Shown here: piece after piece, positions 8,423 through 19,500 of the stretch | Layout of the letters: each line of letters starts with the position of its first letter | How positions within the stretch are numbered: position 1 is the stretch's first letter | Assembly (NCBI GenBank): GCA_041687695.1 | Contig: JAWLBL010000011.1 | Location: 1 to 64,000 of the forward strand | DNA length: 64,000 bases | Source: Myxococcota bacterium | Lineage (GTDB): Bacteria > Myxococcota_A > UBA9042 > PHBI01 > JAWLBL01 | Direction: 5' to 3' | Translations under genes and position numbers: made by a program | Notes under the pieces: model-generated | Database searches by the model: none | What the model saw: only the letters and a program-made list of their open reading frames with translations | Told to the model about the DNA's origin: nothing

Positions 8423-10261
8423 ATGAATCGCGACAGTCTCATCGCCCGCCTCCGCGAGGAGGTCGTGGTCGGCGATGGCGGCATGGGGACCGAGATCTAC
8501 GAGGCGGGCATCACCTACGACCACGCCTTCGACGAGCTGTGCCTTTCGCGGCCCGAGATCATCACCCGCATCCACCTGGGCTACATCGCCGCCGGCGCGC
8601 AGGTCCTGCAGACCAACAGCTTCGGCGCCAACCGGATGCGGCTGGCCGAGCACGGACTGAGCGAGCGCGTGGTCGACATCAACCGGGCGGCGGTGCGCCT
8701 GGCGCAGGTGGCGGCCTCGACGCGGCCCGGGGTGCTGGTCGCCGGGTCGGTCGGGCCGACCGGCGCCATCATGGCGCCCATCGGCAAGGTGACGAAGAAG
8801 GGGGCCGAGGATCTGTTCCGAGAGCAGATCGCCGTCCTGGCCGAGGCCGGCGTGGATCTGCTGATCCTCGAGACCTTCATGGATCTGCAGGAGATGGAGG
8901 CCGCCATGCGCGCGGCCGCCGCCGAGGCGCCGGACGTCGCCGTCATCGCCACGATGAGCTTCACCGACGAGGGCAAGACCATCTACGGCTACAAGCCCGA
9001 GGGGGTCGCGCGGGCGCTGAGCGATCTGGGCGCCGCCGCCGTGGGCGCCAACTGCTCGGTCGGGCCGGCGCCGCTGCTCGAGGTGATGGATCGCATGGTG
9101 CGCCGCGCGCCGGGGCTGGTCTACGCGGTGCAGCCGAACGCGGGCCAGCCCAAGTACCACAACGGCCGCTACATCTACCTGTCGTCGCCCGAGTACATGG
9201 CCCGCTACGCGCGCGAGTTCGCCGATCTGGGCGTCGCCTTCATCGGCGGGTGCTGCGGCACGCGCCCCGACCACATCGAGGCGCTGGTCGAGTCCGTGGC
9301 CGGCCGCGCGCCTGGCTCGCGTGGGCAGGGCCCGTCCGTCGAGGTGGGCGAGGACGACGGCGACGACGCCGAGCCCACCAGCCTCATCCGCAGCGGGGTG
9401 CAGGACAAGCTGGCCGCGGGCGAGTTCGTGGTCTCGGTCGAGATCGACCCGCCCAAGGGCATCGACGCCTCCAAGCTCATCCAGGGCGCCGCCCTGTGCC
9501 GCCAGGCCGGCTGCGACGCCATCAACATCGCCGACTCGCCGCTGGCGCGCGCCCGCATGAGCGCCCTGTCGCTGGCGAACCTCATCCGCGCGCACGTCGA
9601 CATCGAGATCATCCTGCACATGTCCTGCCGCGACCGGAACCTGCTGGGGCTCCAGTCCGAGGCCATGGGCGGCTACGCCCTGGGCATCCGCAACATCCTG
9701 TGCGTGACGGGCGACCCGCCGACCATCGGCGACTACCCGCACGCCACGGGCGTCTTCGACGTCGACGCCATCGGGCTGACGGCGCTGCTGACGCGCCTGA
9801 ACGACGGCGTCGATCTGGCCGGCAAGAAGCTGGGCTACCGCACCAACTTCCACCTGGGCGTCGCCGTGAACCCGACCGCGCCCGACCTCGAGCGCGAGTT
9901 CGACCGCTTCCGCCAGAAGGTCGACGCGGGCGCGCAGTACGCCATGACCCAGCCCATCTACGAGGCCGAGCCGCTCGCCCGCTTCTACGAGGCGTGCAAG
10001 CCGACCATCCCGGTGCTGGTCGGCATCCTGCCGCTGCGCAACACCAAGCACGCCGAGTTCATGCACAACGAGGTCCCGGACATCACCATCCCCGAGGCCA
10101 TCCGCGAGCGCATGTTCAAGGCCGGCAAGGACGGCCCCAAGGAGGGCGTGCAGATCGCCCGCGAGCTGCTGCTCGAGGTGAAGTCCCTGGCGCAGGGCGT
10201 GTACCTGATGCCGCCCTTCGACCGCTTCGAGATGGCGGTCGACATCGTCGAGGTCCTGTAG
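8423..10261 (+). CDS. yitJ: Bifunctional homocysteine S-methyltransferase / methylenetetrahydrofolate reductase
   Basis: N-terminal DGGMGT, GANC and GGCCGT; C-terminal SVEIDPPKG, ADSPLARARMS, CRDRN, TGDPP and TQPIY. Confidence 0.93.
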   Translation: MNRDSLIARLREEVVVGDGGMGTEIYEAGITYDHAFDELCLSRPEIITRIHLGYIAAGAQVLQTNSFGANRMRLAEHGLSERVVDINRAAVRLAQVAASTRPGVLVAGSVGPTGAIMAPIGKVTKKGAEDLFREQIAVLAEAGVDLLILETFMDLQEMEAAMRAAAAEAPDVAVIATMSFTDEGKTIYGYKPEGVARALSDLGAAAVGANCSVGPAPLLEVMDRMVRRAPGLVYAVQPNAGQPKYHNGRYIYLSSPEYMARYAREFADLGVAFIGGCCGTRPDHIEALVESVAGRAPGSRGQGPSVEVGEDDGDDAEPTSLIRSGVQDKLAAGEFVVSVEIDPPKGIDASKLIQGAALCRQAGCDAINIADSPLARARMSALSLANLIRAHVDIEIILHMSCRDRNLLGLQSEAMGGYALGIRNILCVTGDPPTIGDYPHATGVFDVDAIGLTALLTRLNDGVDLAGKKLGYRTNFHLGVAVNPTAPDLEREFDRFRQKVDAGAQYAMTQPIYEAEPLARFYEACKPTIPVLVGILPLRNTKHAEFMHNEVPDITIPEAIRERMFKAGKDGPKEGVQIARELLLEVKSLAQGVYLMPPFDRFEMAVDIVEVL

Positions 10262-10273
10262 CCCGCCTGGCGG

Positions 10274-12301
10274 TCAGGGGCAGCCGCGGCGGATCCGCAC
10301 GTCGTCGAGGCGCGGGCCGGCGAAGTCGTTGGCGGCGTCGTCGACCGTGTCGAAGCGGAAGCGCACCTGGACCGCCTGCCCGGCCCAGGCCTCGAGGGGG
10401 ACCGTCACGAGCGTCCACTGGCCGGCGGTGGTGCCCATGAGCTCGTCGGACGACCACACCTCGTCGCTCAGTCCGCCCGAGATGACGTCGACGGCGAGGC
10501 GGTCGACGCCCAGCGGGTTGTCGTACAGCAGGCCGTCCCACTCGGTGTCGAGCCGGAGCCGGAAGGCCAGCTCGAGCTGGCCCTCGTCGGTCGGTGCGGG
10601 CGGCAGGGCGACGACGGCGCTGCGGACGGCGCCCGCGCTGGCGCCGGGGCCATAGGTGCCCGTCTGCGGGTTGACGAAGGCCGCGACCAGCTGGCCCTCC
10701 CAGGCGTCGCCGCCGAGGCTCTGCCAGCCGGCGGCGCCCTCGCCCCCCTCGAGGAACCACGCCTCGAGCCCCGACTCGAAGCCGTCCGCGAGGAGATCGA
10801 CCTCGAAACAGCAGAAGGCCTGGTGCAGGCACCTCCCGTCGGGGGCGCAGGCGTCGGTCGTGCACGGGTTCGCGTCCGCGCAGTCGTCGTCCGAGACGCA
10901 CGGGGAGCAGGCCACGCCGGGGGTCTTGGGGACCGCGGCGCAGACGCGCCCTGCGCCGTCGTCCAGGGTCACGCAGCGCGCCTCGGAGCAGGCGTCGGGC
11001 AGCGGCGTGCCGACGCAGTCCGCGTCGACCTGGCAGCACCCGCCCTGGCAGCGGTCGACCACGGTCAGCTCGTCCAGGTAGACGCCCTCGCGGTGGTTGT
11101 CCTGCCCGTCGAGGGTGTCGAACGCGAAGCGCAGGCGCATGGTGGCGCCGCGCCACGGCGACAGATCGAAGGCCAACAGGCGCCACGCGCCCCAGGTGCT
11201 CTTGCCGAAGGCGGTCGTGGCGGCCAGCGGCCACTCGAAGCCGGTCAGGAGATCCTGGGCGAAGATCTGCAGCGCGTCGGCGGTGGGGACGGCGGGGGAG
11301 GGCGGCTCTACGTCGGCCCAGACCCAGACCAGCCCGACGTGGCCGGCCGAGGTCACGGGGAGCGACAGGACCGGGCCGTACAGATCGATGCGCACCTGGC
11401 TGCTGTCGGTCGCGCCCGGCGTCGGCTGGCAGTCGGGTCCCAGCTTGCCGTTGTAGTAGGTGCGGCAGGCCGGGTTGCCCAGGTACAGCGCCCCGGCCCC
11501 GCGCGCGGCGCGGTGGGTGTCGATCTGCCAGGCCACGCCGTCGCCCGCCTTGTAGTCGACCTGGAACAGGCCCAGCTGCCCCAGGGTGCCGCCCGCGTCG
11601 AAGCCCAGGGCGAGGGGGTAGGGCTGCGCCGGGCAGGCGCAGTCGGCCGGGCAGTGGACGCAGCGGCCCGCGTCCGAGCAGGTGTCGGTCGAGCAGGCGA
11701 CGTCGTCGGCGCAGTCCTCGTCGGCGAGGCAGCACCCGGGGCGCGGCACCGAGGTGCACTGGTTCGAGACGCAGCGCACCGCCTGGCACGTCCCGCCGGG
11801 AGCCTGTCCGGCGCAGTCGGCGTCCTGCAGGCAGCAGCCGGGCTTGGCCTGCACGACGCACACGCCCTGCGCGCTGCACCGGCCCTCGTCGCAGAAGGCC
11901 ATGAACGGGACCGTGCACGGGTGCTCCGGCGGACAGGCGTCCACGTCGCCGGGCGGCGTGACGACGTCCTCGGGCCCCACGTCCGCTGGGGTGGCGTCTT
12001 CGAGGTCCGCGGCGTCCGCGTCCCGCGCGTCGTCGCCCGAGAGGTCGCCACCTTCGTCCGAGGTGGCGTCGCCCTCGTCCGGCGCCGCATCGGCGTGGTC
12101 CCCGTCCGCGGCGACCGCGTCATCGGCCGCCGCGTCGGCGTCCTCGGCCCCTTTGGCGTCGACGACCTCGACGTCCGCGTCACCCTCGCCGGCCTTGGCG
12201 TCGCGAGGGCCCTCGGGGGCGTCGCCGCACGCGACCAGCGTCGCGGCGACGACCCACCCGAGCAGGAGAGCTCGGCCAGAGATCAGAACGGCTCCGGGCA
12301 C
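10274..12301 (-). CDS. Cys-rich lipoprotein with two MAM/immune-inhibitor-A-like beta-sandwich domains
   Basis: Lipobox LVAC, acidic linker, CxDxxxCTxDxC repeats, and two DLSxxxG...RFxFDTxD...N...G..lD domains. Confidence 0.8.
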   Translation of the reverse strand: MPGAVLISGRALLLGWVVAATLVACGDAPEGPRDAKAGEGDADVEVVDAKGAEDADAAADDAVAADGDHADAAPDEGDATSDEGGDLSGDDARDADAADLEDATPADVGPEDVVTPPGDVDACPPEHPCTVPFMAFCDEGRCSAQGVCVVQAKPGCCLQDADCAGQAPGGTCQAVRCVSNQCTSVPRPGCCLADEDCADDVACSTDTCSDAGRCVHCPADCACPAQPYPLALGFDAGGTLGQLGLFQVDYKAGDGVAWQIDTHRAARGAGALYLGNPACRTYYNGKLGPDCQPTPGATDSSQVRIDLYGPVLSLPVTSAGHVGLVWVWADVEPPSPAVPTADALQIFAQDLLTGFEWPLAATTAFGKSTWGAWRLLAFDLSPWRGATMRLRFAFDTLDGQDNHREGVYLDELTVVDRCQGGCCQVDADCVGTPLPDACSEARCVTLDDGAGRVCAAVPKTPGVACSPCVSDDDCADANPCTTDACAPDGRCLHQAFCCFEVDLLADGFESGLEAWFLEGGEGAAGWQSLGGDAWEGQLVAAFVNPQTGTYGPGASAGAVRSAVVALPPAPTDEGQLELAFRLRLDTEWDGLLYDNPLGVDRLAVDVISGGLSDEVWSSDELMGTTAGQWTLVTVPLEAWAGQAVQVRFRFDTVDDAANDFAGPRLDDVRIRRGCP

Positions 12302-15300
12302 CCGCGCTCGAACTCGACGTGGTCGACGCCGATGCCCTTGCCCGAGTTCTCGATGTCGTCCCAGCTCGAGAACGAGTAGCGCAGCCGGATGGTCTTGCCG
12401 GCGTAGGCGCTGAGATCCAGCGAGATCTGGCGCCAGCTGCTGTACTCGTTACAGGCGAGCTTGCTCTTGGTGAAGATCGGGCTGCCGGCGAGGCCGGTCT
12501 CGTCGTCCACCACGGTGATCTCGAACTTGTCGGCGAAGGGCGCGACGCCCGGCGTGCAGGACGGGTCCTTCTCGACGTCCAGGTACAGCCAGAACCGCAT
12601 GTTCCACGGCACGCCCGGGTCGAGCGTGATCGGCGCGCTGGTCGCGATGCCGCACGAGGCCTTGTTGGCCGAGCCGCCGTAGTCGGTGCCGTTGCCGAAG
12701 TACAGGATCTGCTGGCCCTGCTTGGTGCCCATGGCCGCCGCCTGGGCGCTCGTCGCGAACTTCCAGACCGACGCCGCGTCGGCCAGGCCGCCGCCGGGGG
12801 TGCAGGTGTCGAAGGTCCAAGTCGACGGGGCCGGCCCCTCGAAGGTCAGCGCCTTGTCGGTCTGGTAGGCCGGCGTGCAGCACTCGGGCGTGTCCTTCTT
12901 GGTCTGGACGCAGGTGAAGGTGTCGCTGCAGGAGGCGGTGTGGCACGCGTTGATGGGCGTGCAGTCCCCGCCGTACATGCACTTGATCTGCGACTCGGCC
13001 AGGCACGTCGTCTTGAAGGCGACCTCGTCGATGAACGGCCCGCCGAAGTCGTTGTCCGACGCGTCACCGCTGTCGAACTCGAACACCAGCTGGACCTCCT
13101 GGCCCTTGAAGGCCGTCAGGTCGGCGCGGGTCTTGACCCACTGGCCCTTGGTCGAGTTCTCGAGGAAGTGGCTCACCCACACCGGCTCGGCCTGGATGAC
13201 GCCGTCCACCATCACCTTCACGCGCAGCTCGTCGATGACGAACGGGCCGGTGATGAAGGGCTCCTCGGTGTCGTCCCAGAAGGTCGACAGCCGCAGCTTG
13301 AACTCGGCGAACGAGCGCCCCTTGCCGTAGGGCGGCACCAGGATGGGCGGGCTGACCGCCTGGCCCTTGACGGCCTTGGTGGGGTCGGGGTGCGCGAAGG
13401 TGCCGGTCGCCGGGTTCGAGAAGTTCAGGCTCTGCTTGCCCGCCGAGGCCTCGTCGTCGGTCACGTGCCAGGTCACCGGATCGGTGTCCAGGGCGACGGT
13501 GAACCCGTGGGCCATGGTCTCGAAGCTGGTCGACCACGCGCCCGGCCAGCCCGCCTCGGAGCAGCAGTTGTTGATGGTCGCCGGGTTGAACTCGTACTGG
13601 CACGTGCCCTGGATGCAGCTGTCCAACGTGCAGGTGTTGCTGTCGTTGCAGTCGGCCGCGACCGCGCAGCAGAGCGGGTCCTCCTTGATGTGCGTGCACT
13701 CGCCCAGCTCGCACACGTCCGTCGTGCACGCGTCGCCGTCGTCGCAGTCCGCCTGTCCGAGGCAGGGGTCGTCGCCGCAGACCGAGACCACCTGCAGCTC
13801 GTCGATGCGCACGCCGCCGCCGTCGTTGGCGACCTCGGAGCCGCTGTCGAACTCGAAGCCCAGCCGGACCTGCTTGCCCTGGAAGGCCGACAGGTCGACG
13901 CCGACCTGCGTCCAGCCGTCACCGGTCGTGTTGCCGATGGTCAGCGAGGTCCACACCTCGGTCGCCGTCTTGGCGTCCGTCGGCTTGACCCACACCCTCA
14001 GCACGTCGAACTGCTCGCCCGGCATCGGCTGGCCGGCGCCGTCGTACTCGGTCGACATCCACAGCCAGAACACGGCGCCCGTCTTGCGGAAGACCTCTTG
14101 CTCGACCGGGAAGACCGGCGTCCAGATGGTGGCCTCGGCGACCTGCGGCCCGTCGGGGCCGATCGCCTCGAAGGTCCCGGTGGCCGGGTCACCGAAGTAC
14201 AGCGACGAGGTGCCCTGGAACGCGAAGCCGTCGTCGACCTGCCAGGTGACGTTGTCGTCCTTGGCGTCCTCGATGGCCCAGTCCGTCAGCGTGCCGTCCT
14301 CGAAGCCCTCGACGTCGACCGCTGGCGGCTGGGTGATGGTCGGGAACGTGGTCGACGGGGCGCAGCAGTCGGCCTTGAGCGCCACGCTGCACTGCTGCGC
14401 GTTGCAGCTGTAGTCGAAGCAGCCGTCGTTGCCGCAGTCGGCCGTCTGAGCGCAGCTCTGGCAGCTCTCGCCCGGCGTGGCGTAGCTGTAGGCGCACACG
14501 CCGCCGCCACCGTTGCCGTACATCGTGCAGACGTCGCTCGTGCACCCGTTGCCGTCGGTCGGGCAGGGGGCGCCCGCGGCCTCGCAGAACGCCTCGCTGC
14601 AGGTCACGCGCACGCGGACGTTGTCGACGAAGACGCCCTCCCAGGCGTCGACCTGCGACGGGCCGAAGTTGCCGTCCTTGTCGGCGACGAAGCGGAAGCC
14701 GACGGTCACGGTCTTGCCGGCGTAGGCCGCCAGGTTCACCGCCTGGTGCACGAACTGGCCGTTGGTCGTGTTCGCGACGCCAAACGCCTGCGTGCTGCGC
14801 CAGACCTCCTTGGCGCCCGAGCCGTCGTTGACGCGGACCTGCAGGAAGTCCAGATCCATCTGCGGGATCGTTCCGTCGCCGGGGAAGGCGGGCTCGGCGC
14901 TCATGCGCACCCAGAAGCTGAGGAAGACACCCACGTTCGCGTCGAGCTGGATGGCGGGGATCTCGATGCGGGTGTCGAGGGCGGTGCCCTGGTTGGCGAG
15001 CGGCGTCGCCAGCTCGCAGTCGTTGGTGACGGGGCCGTTGTAGTAGGTGAGGCAGGTCGGGTGACCGAAGTGCACGCTGTAGGCGGGGCTGACGCGCGCC
15101 GTCTGGGTCACGTGCCACAGCGCCCCGGGCGCGACGGGCTGGTTCACCGTCATGCCCTGGAACGTCCCGTCGTCGAAGAGCTTCTGGGTGAAGGTCTTGT
15201 TGACCGAGCACACGGGCGGCATCGAGGCGCAGCCGCCCGCGGTGCACGTCTCGAGGCACAGGTCGGTCGTCGTCGGGTTGCCGTCGCTGCAGTCGGCGCT

Positions 15301-15888
15301 GGACTCGCAGCAGCCCTCGACGTCGCTGAACTCGCAGGTGTTGGTCTGCTGGTTGCACGTGCCCTTCTGGCAGCAGTGCGAGACGATGTCCTGGCAGTCG
15401 TCGTCCTCGAAGCAGCACCCGTCGACCGCCACCAGCGCGCACTGGCCGTCCACGCAGCCGGCCGACTGGCAGGGGTTGGTCACCGGGACCTTGCCCTCGC
15501 AGTCCGCCGCGACCGAGCAACAGCTCTCGATCGGCTCGGCCACGCACTCGCCGTCGTCGCAGACGGCCTGCTCGCACGCGCCGACGGTGAAGTCGCCGCA
15601 GTCGTCGTTGGTCTCACACGTCGGCGTGACGACCTCGGACGTGGTGTCCGCGTCGCCGCCGCTGCCGTCCGGCGGCAGCTCGGGGCCGACGTCGACGGTC
15701 CCGTCGTCCTCGACGTCGCCGAGGTCGTCGGGCGCGTCGTCGTCCTTGGTGTCCACCTCGGGAACGTCGAACTTTGGCAGCTCGGGCTCCTTCTGCGTCG
15801 GAGCATCGGGGCCGCAACCGGCCCCCACGAAGGCCAGGACGGCGAGTCCGGTACCGATCCACCTGGACGTGAACGAGATCTTGCTCAT
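12283..15888 (-). CDS. Large Cys-rich lipoprotein with four MAM-like beta-sandwich domains
   Basis: Signal ending VGAGC, D-rich linker, CDDGDACTTDVC-type repeats alternating with four homologous domains. Start placed at ATG 15888. Confidence 0.82.
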   Translation of the reverse strand: MSKISFTSRWIGTGLAVLAFVGAGCGPDAPTQKEPELPKFDVPEVDTKDDDAPDDLGDVEDDGTVDVGPELPPDGSGGDADTTSEVVTPTCETNDDCGDFTVGACEQAVCDDGECVAEPIESCCSVAADCEGKVPVTNPCQSAGCVDGQCALVAVDGCCFEDDDCQDIVSHCCQKGTCNQQTNTCEFSDVEGCCESSADCSDGNPTTTDLCLETCTAGGCASMPPVCSVNKTFTQKLFDDGTFQGMTVNQPVAPGALWHVTQTARVSPAYSVHFGHPTCLTYYNGPVTNDCELATPLANQGTALDTRIEIPAIQLDANVGVFLSFWVRMSAEPAFPGDGTIPQMDLDFLQVRVNDGSGAKEVWRSTQAFGVANTTNGQFVHQAVNLAAYAGKTVTVGFRFVADKDGNFGPSQVDAWEGVFVDNVRVRVTCSEAFCEAAGAPCPTDGNGCTSDVCTMYGNGGGGVCAYSYATPGESCQSCAQTADCGNDGCFDYSCNAQQCSVALKADCCAPSTTFPTITQPPAVDVEGFEDGTLTDWAIEDAKDDNVTWQVDDGFAFQGTSSLYFGDPATGTFEAIGPDGPQVAEATIWTPVFPVEQEVFRKTGAVFWLWMSTEYDGAGQPMPGEQFDVLRVWVKPTDAKTATEVWTSLTIGNTTGDGWTQVGVDLSAFQGKQVRLGFEFDSGSEVANDGGGVRIDELQVVSVCGDDPCLGQADCDDGDACTTDVCELGECTHIKEDPLCCAVAADCNDSNTCTLDSCIQGTCQYEFNPATINNCCSEAGWPGAWSTSFETMAHGFTVALDTDPVTWHVTDDEASAGKQSLNFSNPATGTFAHPDPTKAVKGQAVSPPILVPPYGKGRSFAEFKLRLSTFWDDTEEPFITGPFVIDELRVKVMVDGVIQAEPVWVSHFLENSTKGQWVKTRADLTAFKGQEVQLVFEFDSGDASDNDFGGPFIDEVAFKTTCLAESQIKCMYGGDCTPINACHTASCSDTFTCVQTKKDTPECCTPAYQTDKALTFEGPAPSTWTFDTCTPGGGLADAASVWKFATSAQAAAMGTKQGQQILYFGNGTDYGGSANKASCGIATSAPITLDPGVPWNMRFWLYLDVEKDPSCTPGVAPFADKFEITVVDDETGLAGSPIFTKSKLACNEYSSWRQISLDLSAYAGKTIRLRYSFSSWDDIENSGKGIGVDHVEFERGCPEPF

Positions 15889-15942
15889 GGCGACGCGCTC
15901 CCCTCGATGCGCAGACGACCCGGGGCGCCGTCCACGCGGCGC

Positions 15943-15991
15943 TTCCCCATCGTTTGGCGCCACCTTAGAATGAGTCCTTCCGAGGAATCAA
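15943..15991. promoter_or_regulatory. Possible overlapping divergent sigma70-like promoters
   Basis: Minus strand TTGATT-N18-TAAGGT (15991-15962); plus strand TTCCCC-N17-TAGAAT (15943-15971). Confidence 0.3.
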
Positions 15992-16057
15992 CCGGTCCCA
16001 CCGCGGCGCCCCACCGGGCCCAGGCCCGGCGAGACCCGGCGACAGGAGCCACCGACG

Positions 16058-16357
16058 ATGCCGCCGCTCGACCCCGAAACCCCCGTCCGGGCCTTGGACG
16101 GCCTCGTCGTCCGCCGGGTCGGCGGGCAGGTCTTCGTCCTGCTCCCCGACAGCTCGATGCACGGTTTCAACAACGAGAGCGCGGTGGCCATCTGGGACCA
16201 CCTGGTCGCCGCCGGATCGGCCGGGCTGTCGGCCGGCGCCCTGTCGCAGCGCCTGTCGGCCGAGTTCAGCGTCGAGCCGGATCAGGCGCTCGAGACCGTG
16301 CTCCCCTTCCTCGAGCGGCTGATCGCGGAGGGCCTGTGCGCCCCCGCCGGGGCTTGA
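16058..16357 (+). CDS. PqqD family protein (RiPP recognition element)
   Basis: 99 aa with the PqqD/RRE pattern VVRRVGGQVFVL...NESAVAIWDHL...LSAEFSVE...VLPFLERLIAEGL; AGGAG RBS. Confidence 0.88.
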   Translation: MPPLDPETPVRALDGLVVRRVGGQVFVLLPDSSMHGFNNESAVAIWDHLVAAGSAGLSAGALSQRLSAEFSVEPDQALETVLPFLERLIAEGLCAPAGA

Positions 16358-16420
16358 CCGAGCGCCTGTAACCGGGTCACAACGCCGCGGATCGACGGGG
16401 CTTCGCGGCGGCGCGTCTCG

Positions 16421-16450
16421 TTGACTCCATTCCGGGCGCTTGCATAAGCT
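16421..16450 (+). promoter_or_regulatory. Sigma70-like promoter upstream of the giant Ig-like lipoprotein
   Basis: TTGACT-N18-TAAGCT in the intergenic region. Confidence 0.35.
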
Positions 16451-16590
16451 CCGCCCGATCGCGCGCGGTCACGTCCCGAGACGTCCCGCGCGGTCCTGAG
16501 AACACGCAGCCCGGACCCGGCCTCGGTCGCGTCCGGTCCCAATCGCGGCGCCTCCCTCCGCGCGTCGCCCGAGTCCTGGGGTCAGCTCTG

Positions 16591-19500
16591 ATGAATCGCC
16601 TCCTCCGCGTCCTCCTCGCCTGTGCCTTCCTGGCGGCCTGCGGCGACGATCCCGCCAAGACGGACAGCGACGCCGACATCGGTGACATCGACAAGGGCGA
16701 CGTCGACGAAGACGGCCGCGGGGACGTCGACGACGAGGTCGACGCCGGGCCCGACGGCGCGGGCGACACCGACGGCGACGTGACGCCGCCGGCCCCGACC
16801 ATCGACTTCTGGTTCGTGGGCGCCCAGGGCGCGCGCGGGCAGGGCGACGAGGCCGTCACGCTGCTGCCCGAGGACGAGCTGGCCGGGTTCGAGCAGACGG
16901 AGAACCTGCAGATCCAGGTGGCCGTGGCCACCACCGGCGTCAGCAACGGCCGGCAGGTCACCCTGGTGATCGACGGGGCCAACCAGGGCGCCGAGACGGT
17001 CACGGTCACGGGCGACGGGGCCGGCGTGGCGACCTTCGATCAGGTCTCGCTCAAGGCCTCGGACGCCGGCTACGAGGTCAAGGTGCAGGTGACGACGCTG
17101 GGCGGCCAGAGCGCGACCGCCACCAAGCAGGTCACCGTGCTGACCGAGGCCTGCGATCTGGCGCTGGCGCCGGCCGCCCAGGACGGCTGCATCAACGAGG
17201 ACGCGGACCCCGAGACGCCCGGACACCAGCTGCGCCTGACCGTGACGCACGCCAAGGGCACCTGCGACCGCGCCGAGCTGACGTTCACCAAGGGCGACGG
17301 GGAGCCCCAGACCCTGGGGCCGATCGACCTGGACGACGAGGGCGTGGCCGTGTTCGACGTCACGGTGGCGCCCGAGGGCGAGGTCTACGAGGGGAGCGTC
17401 ATCGTCGACGCGCGCGTCCTGCACCCCGAGCACGACAGCCTCGCGGGCAGCGTCCTGGGCGCGGTCTACGCCTTCGACAACGCCGCGCCGGTCGTCACCC
17501 TGACGACCCCCGATCCGGCGGTGGTCGCGGCGTTGACCCTGGCGGTCGATCAGGACGAGGACCCGACCAACGGCATCCAGTACCCGGTGCAGGGCACGGT
17601 CGAGGGCGCCGCCGAGGGCACCACGGTGATGATCGAGGTCGGCGGCGAGGCCGCGGGCGAGGCCGAGCTGGTCGACGGCGGCTTCGGGCTGCCCAGCGTC
17701 TCGTTCACCCAGAGCGGCCCGACCACGCTGGTGGCCCGCGCGACGGACGCCTGCGGCAACGAGGGGGTGGCCACGCTCGAGATCCCGGTCTACGTCGACA
17801 AGGTCGCCCTGGCCATCGCCGCTCCCGCCGAGGGCGCCGTGCTGCTGGCCAAGGACGACGGCGACCCGGCGACCGCGGACACGTTCGAGACCGCCGTGGT
17901 CGTCAAGGCCGACGACGCGACCCCGGGCGCCGTCATCGCCGTCGAGTGCCGCCCCGCCAGCGCCGGTGAGAACACCTGGTTCCCGGCGGCCCAGGCCACC
18001 GTGCCCGACCCCGCGCCCGAGGACGGGCTGTTCCCGGTGCCGGTCGCGCTGCCGCTGGACACGTTCTCCAACGACGTGGTGTGCCGCGCCAGCTATGGCG
18101 GTCCCAACCCCGTCACGTCGGCCCCGGTGGCCTTCGTCGTGGCCCTGCCCGCGCCCACGCTGGCGCTCACCGAGCCGGTCGAAGGCGCCATGCTCGCCTC
18201 GAAGGTGGTCCGCCTGGCGGGCACCGCCAAGGGGCTGGACGGGCAGCCGCTCATCGTGAGGCTCTTGCACCCGACGACCCAGCAGGTGGTCCTCGCCGTC
18301 TCGGCCGGGACGGTCACCGGCGGCGTCTTCGACTTCCAGCTCGACCTGGCCGCCCAGGGTGTCCCGGTCACCGACGGCACCTGGCTGCTGCAGGTCGACG
18401 CCAAGGACACCTGGGGCAACCTGGTCTCCGACGTCGGCCCGGCGCCGCAGGCCACCGTCACCATCGACACGGTCAAGCCGCTGCTCGTCGTGCTCCAGCC
18501 GGGCACGACGTTCCTCGACCCGATCGCCGACCCGACGCTGGCCGACGAGGATCCGGCGACGCCCGGCTACCAGACGACCATCGTCGTCCAGATGAACAAC
18601 GAGACCCAGCCCACGGGCGCGCAGGTCTGCCTGACCGTCAACGGCGAGGCGCTGGGCTGCGAGGCGCCGTCGGCCGAGGACTTCACCGCGACCTGGACGG
18701 GCGTGACGCTGGTCCCGGGCGCGGGCAACACGGTCACCGCGACGGGCGCCGACGCCTTCGGCAACGCGGCCAACCCGCTGACGCTCAAGCTGAACCTGGC
18801 GCTGCAGGCCCCGGTCGTGCAGATCCTGGCTCCCGAGGCCAAGCACGTCACGACCGCCGAGGCCGTCGCCGTCACGGTCAAGGTCAGCGACCCCGAGAAG
18901 GGCACGCCGCAGGTCGGCGCGGTGGTGACGCTGCACGTGGGCGGCGCCGACGCCGGGCTGACCGCCGCCGACAACGGCGACGGGACCTACACCTTCGCCG
19001 AGGTGCCGCTCGCCCCCGGCGTCAACACCCTCCAGGCGCTCGCGACCTGGTCCGGCGGTGACCCGGGCGCCAGCGCCGTGCGGCAGGTGACGCGCAAGAC
19101 CGACGCCCCGACCGTCGCCGTGACCGCCCCGGCCGACGGGACGGTCATCAACCTGCAGTCCTCCCTGTGCCTCGGGACCTCGCTCGACTGCACGGCCAAC
19201 GTGACCGTGGCGACCACGTCGGCCGAGGACGGCAGCGCGGTGACCCTGACGGTCGCCTGCGGCGCCGGCTCGACCGAGCTGACCGGCGTGGTGGCCGCCG
19301 AGGCCGCGACCTTCACGGGCGTGACGCTGACCCACGGCGGCGACTGCACCCTCACGGCGCAGGTGACGGACCTGGCCGGCCAGCAGGCGACCAGCGCGCC
19401 GGTGGTCGTCACCGTGGATCGGGCGGCGCCGACCATCACGGGCTTCACCCAGCCGGCCGGCGACTTCCTGCTGTACTACAACGACCTGTCGACCGACGAG

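Noticed and set aside
12319..16371. 1350-aa plus-strand ORF and similar long Arg/Gly/Pro-rich ORFs (19167-23756, 33024-37712, 58685-63535)
   Set aside because: Antisense or off-frame shadows of well-supported genes.
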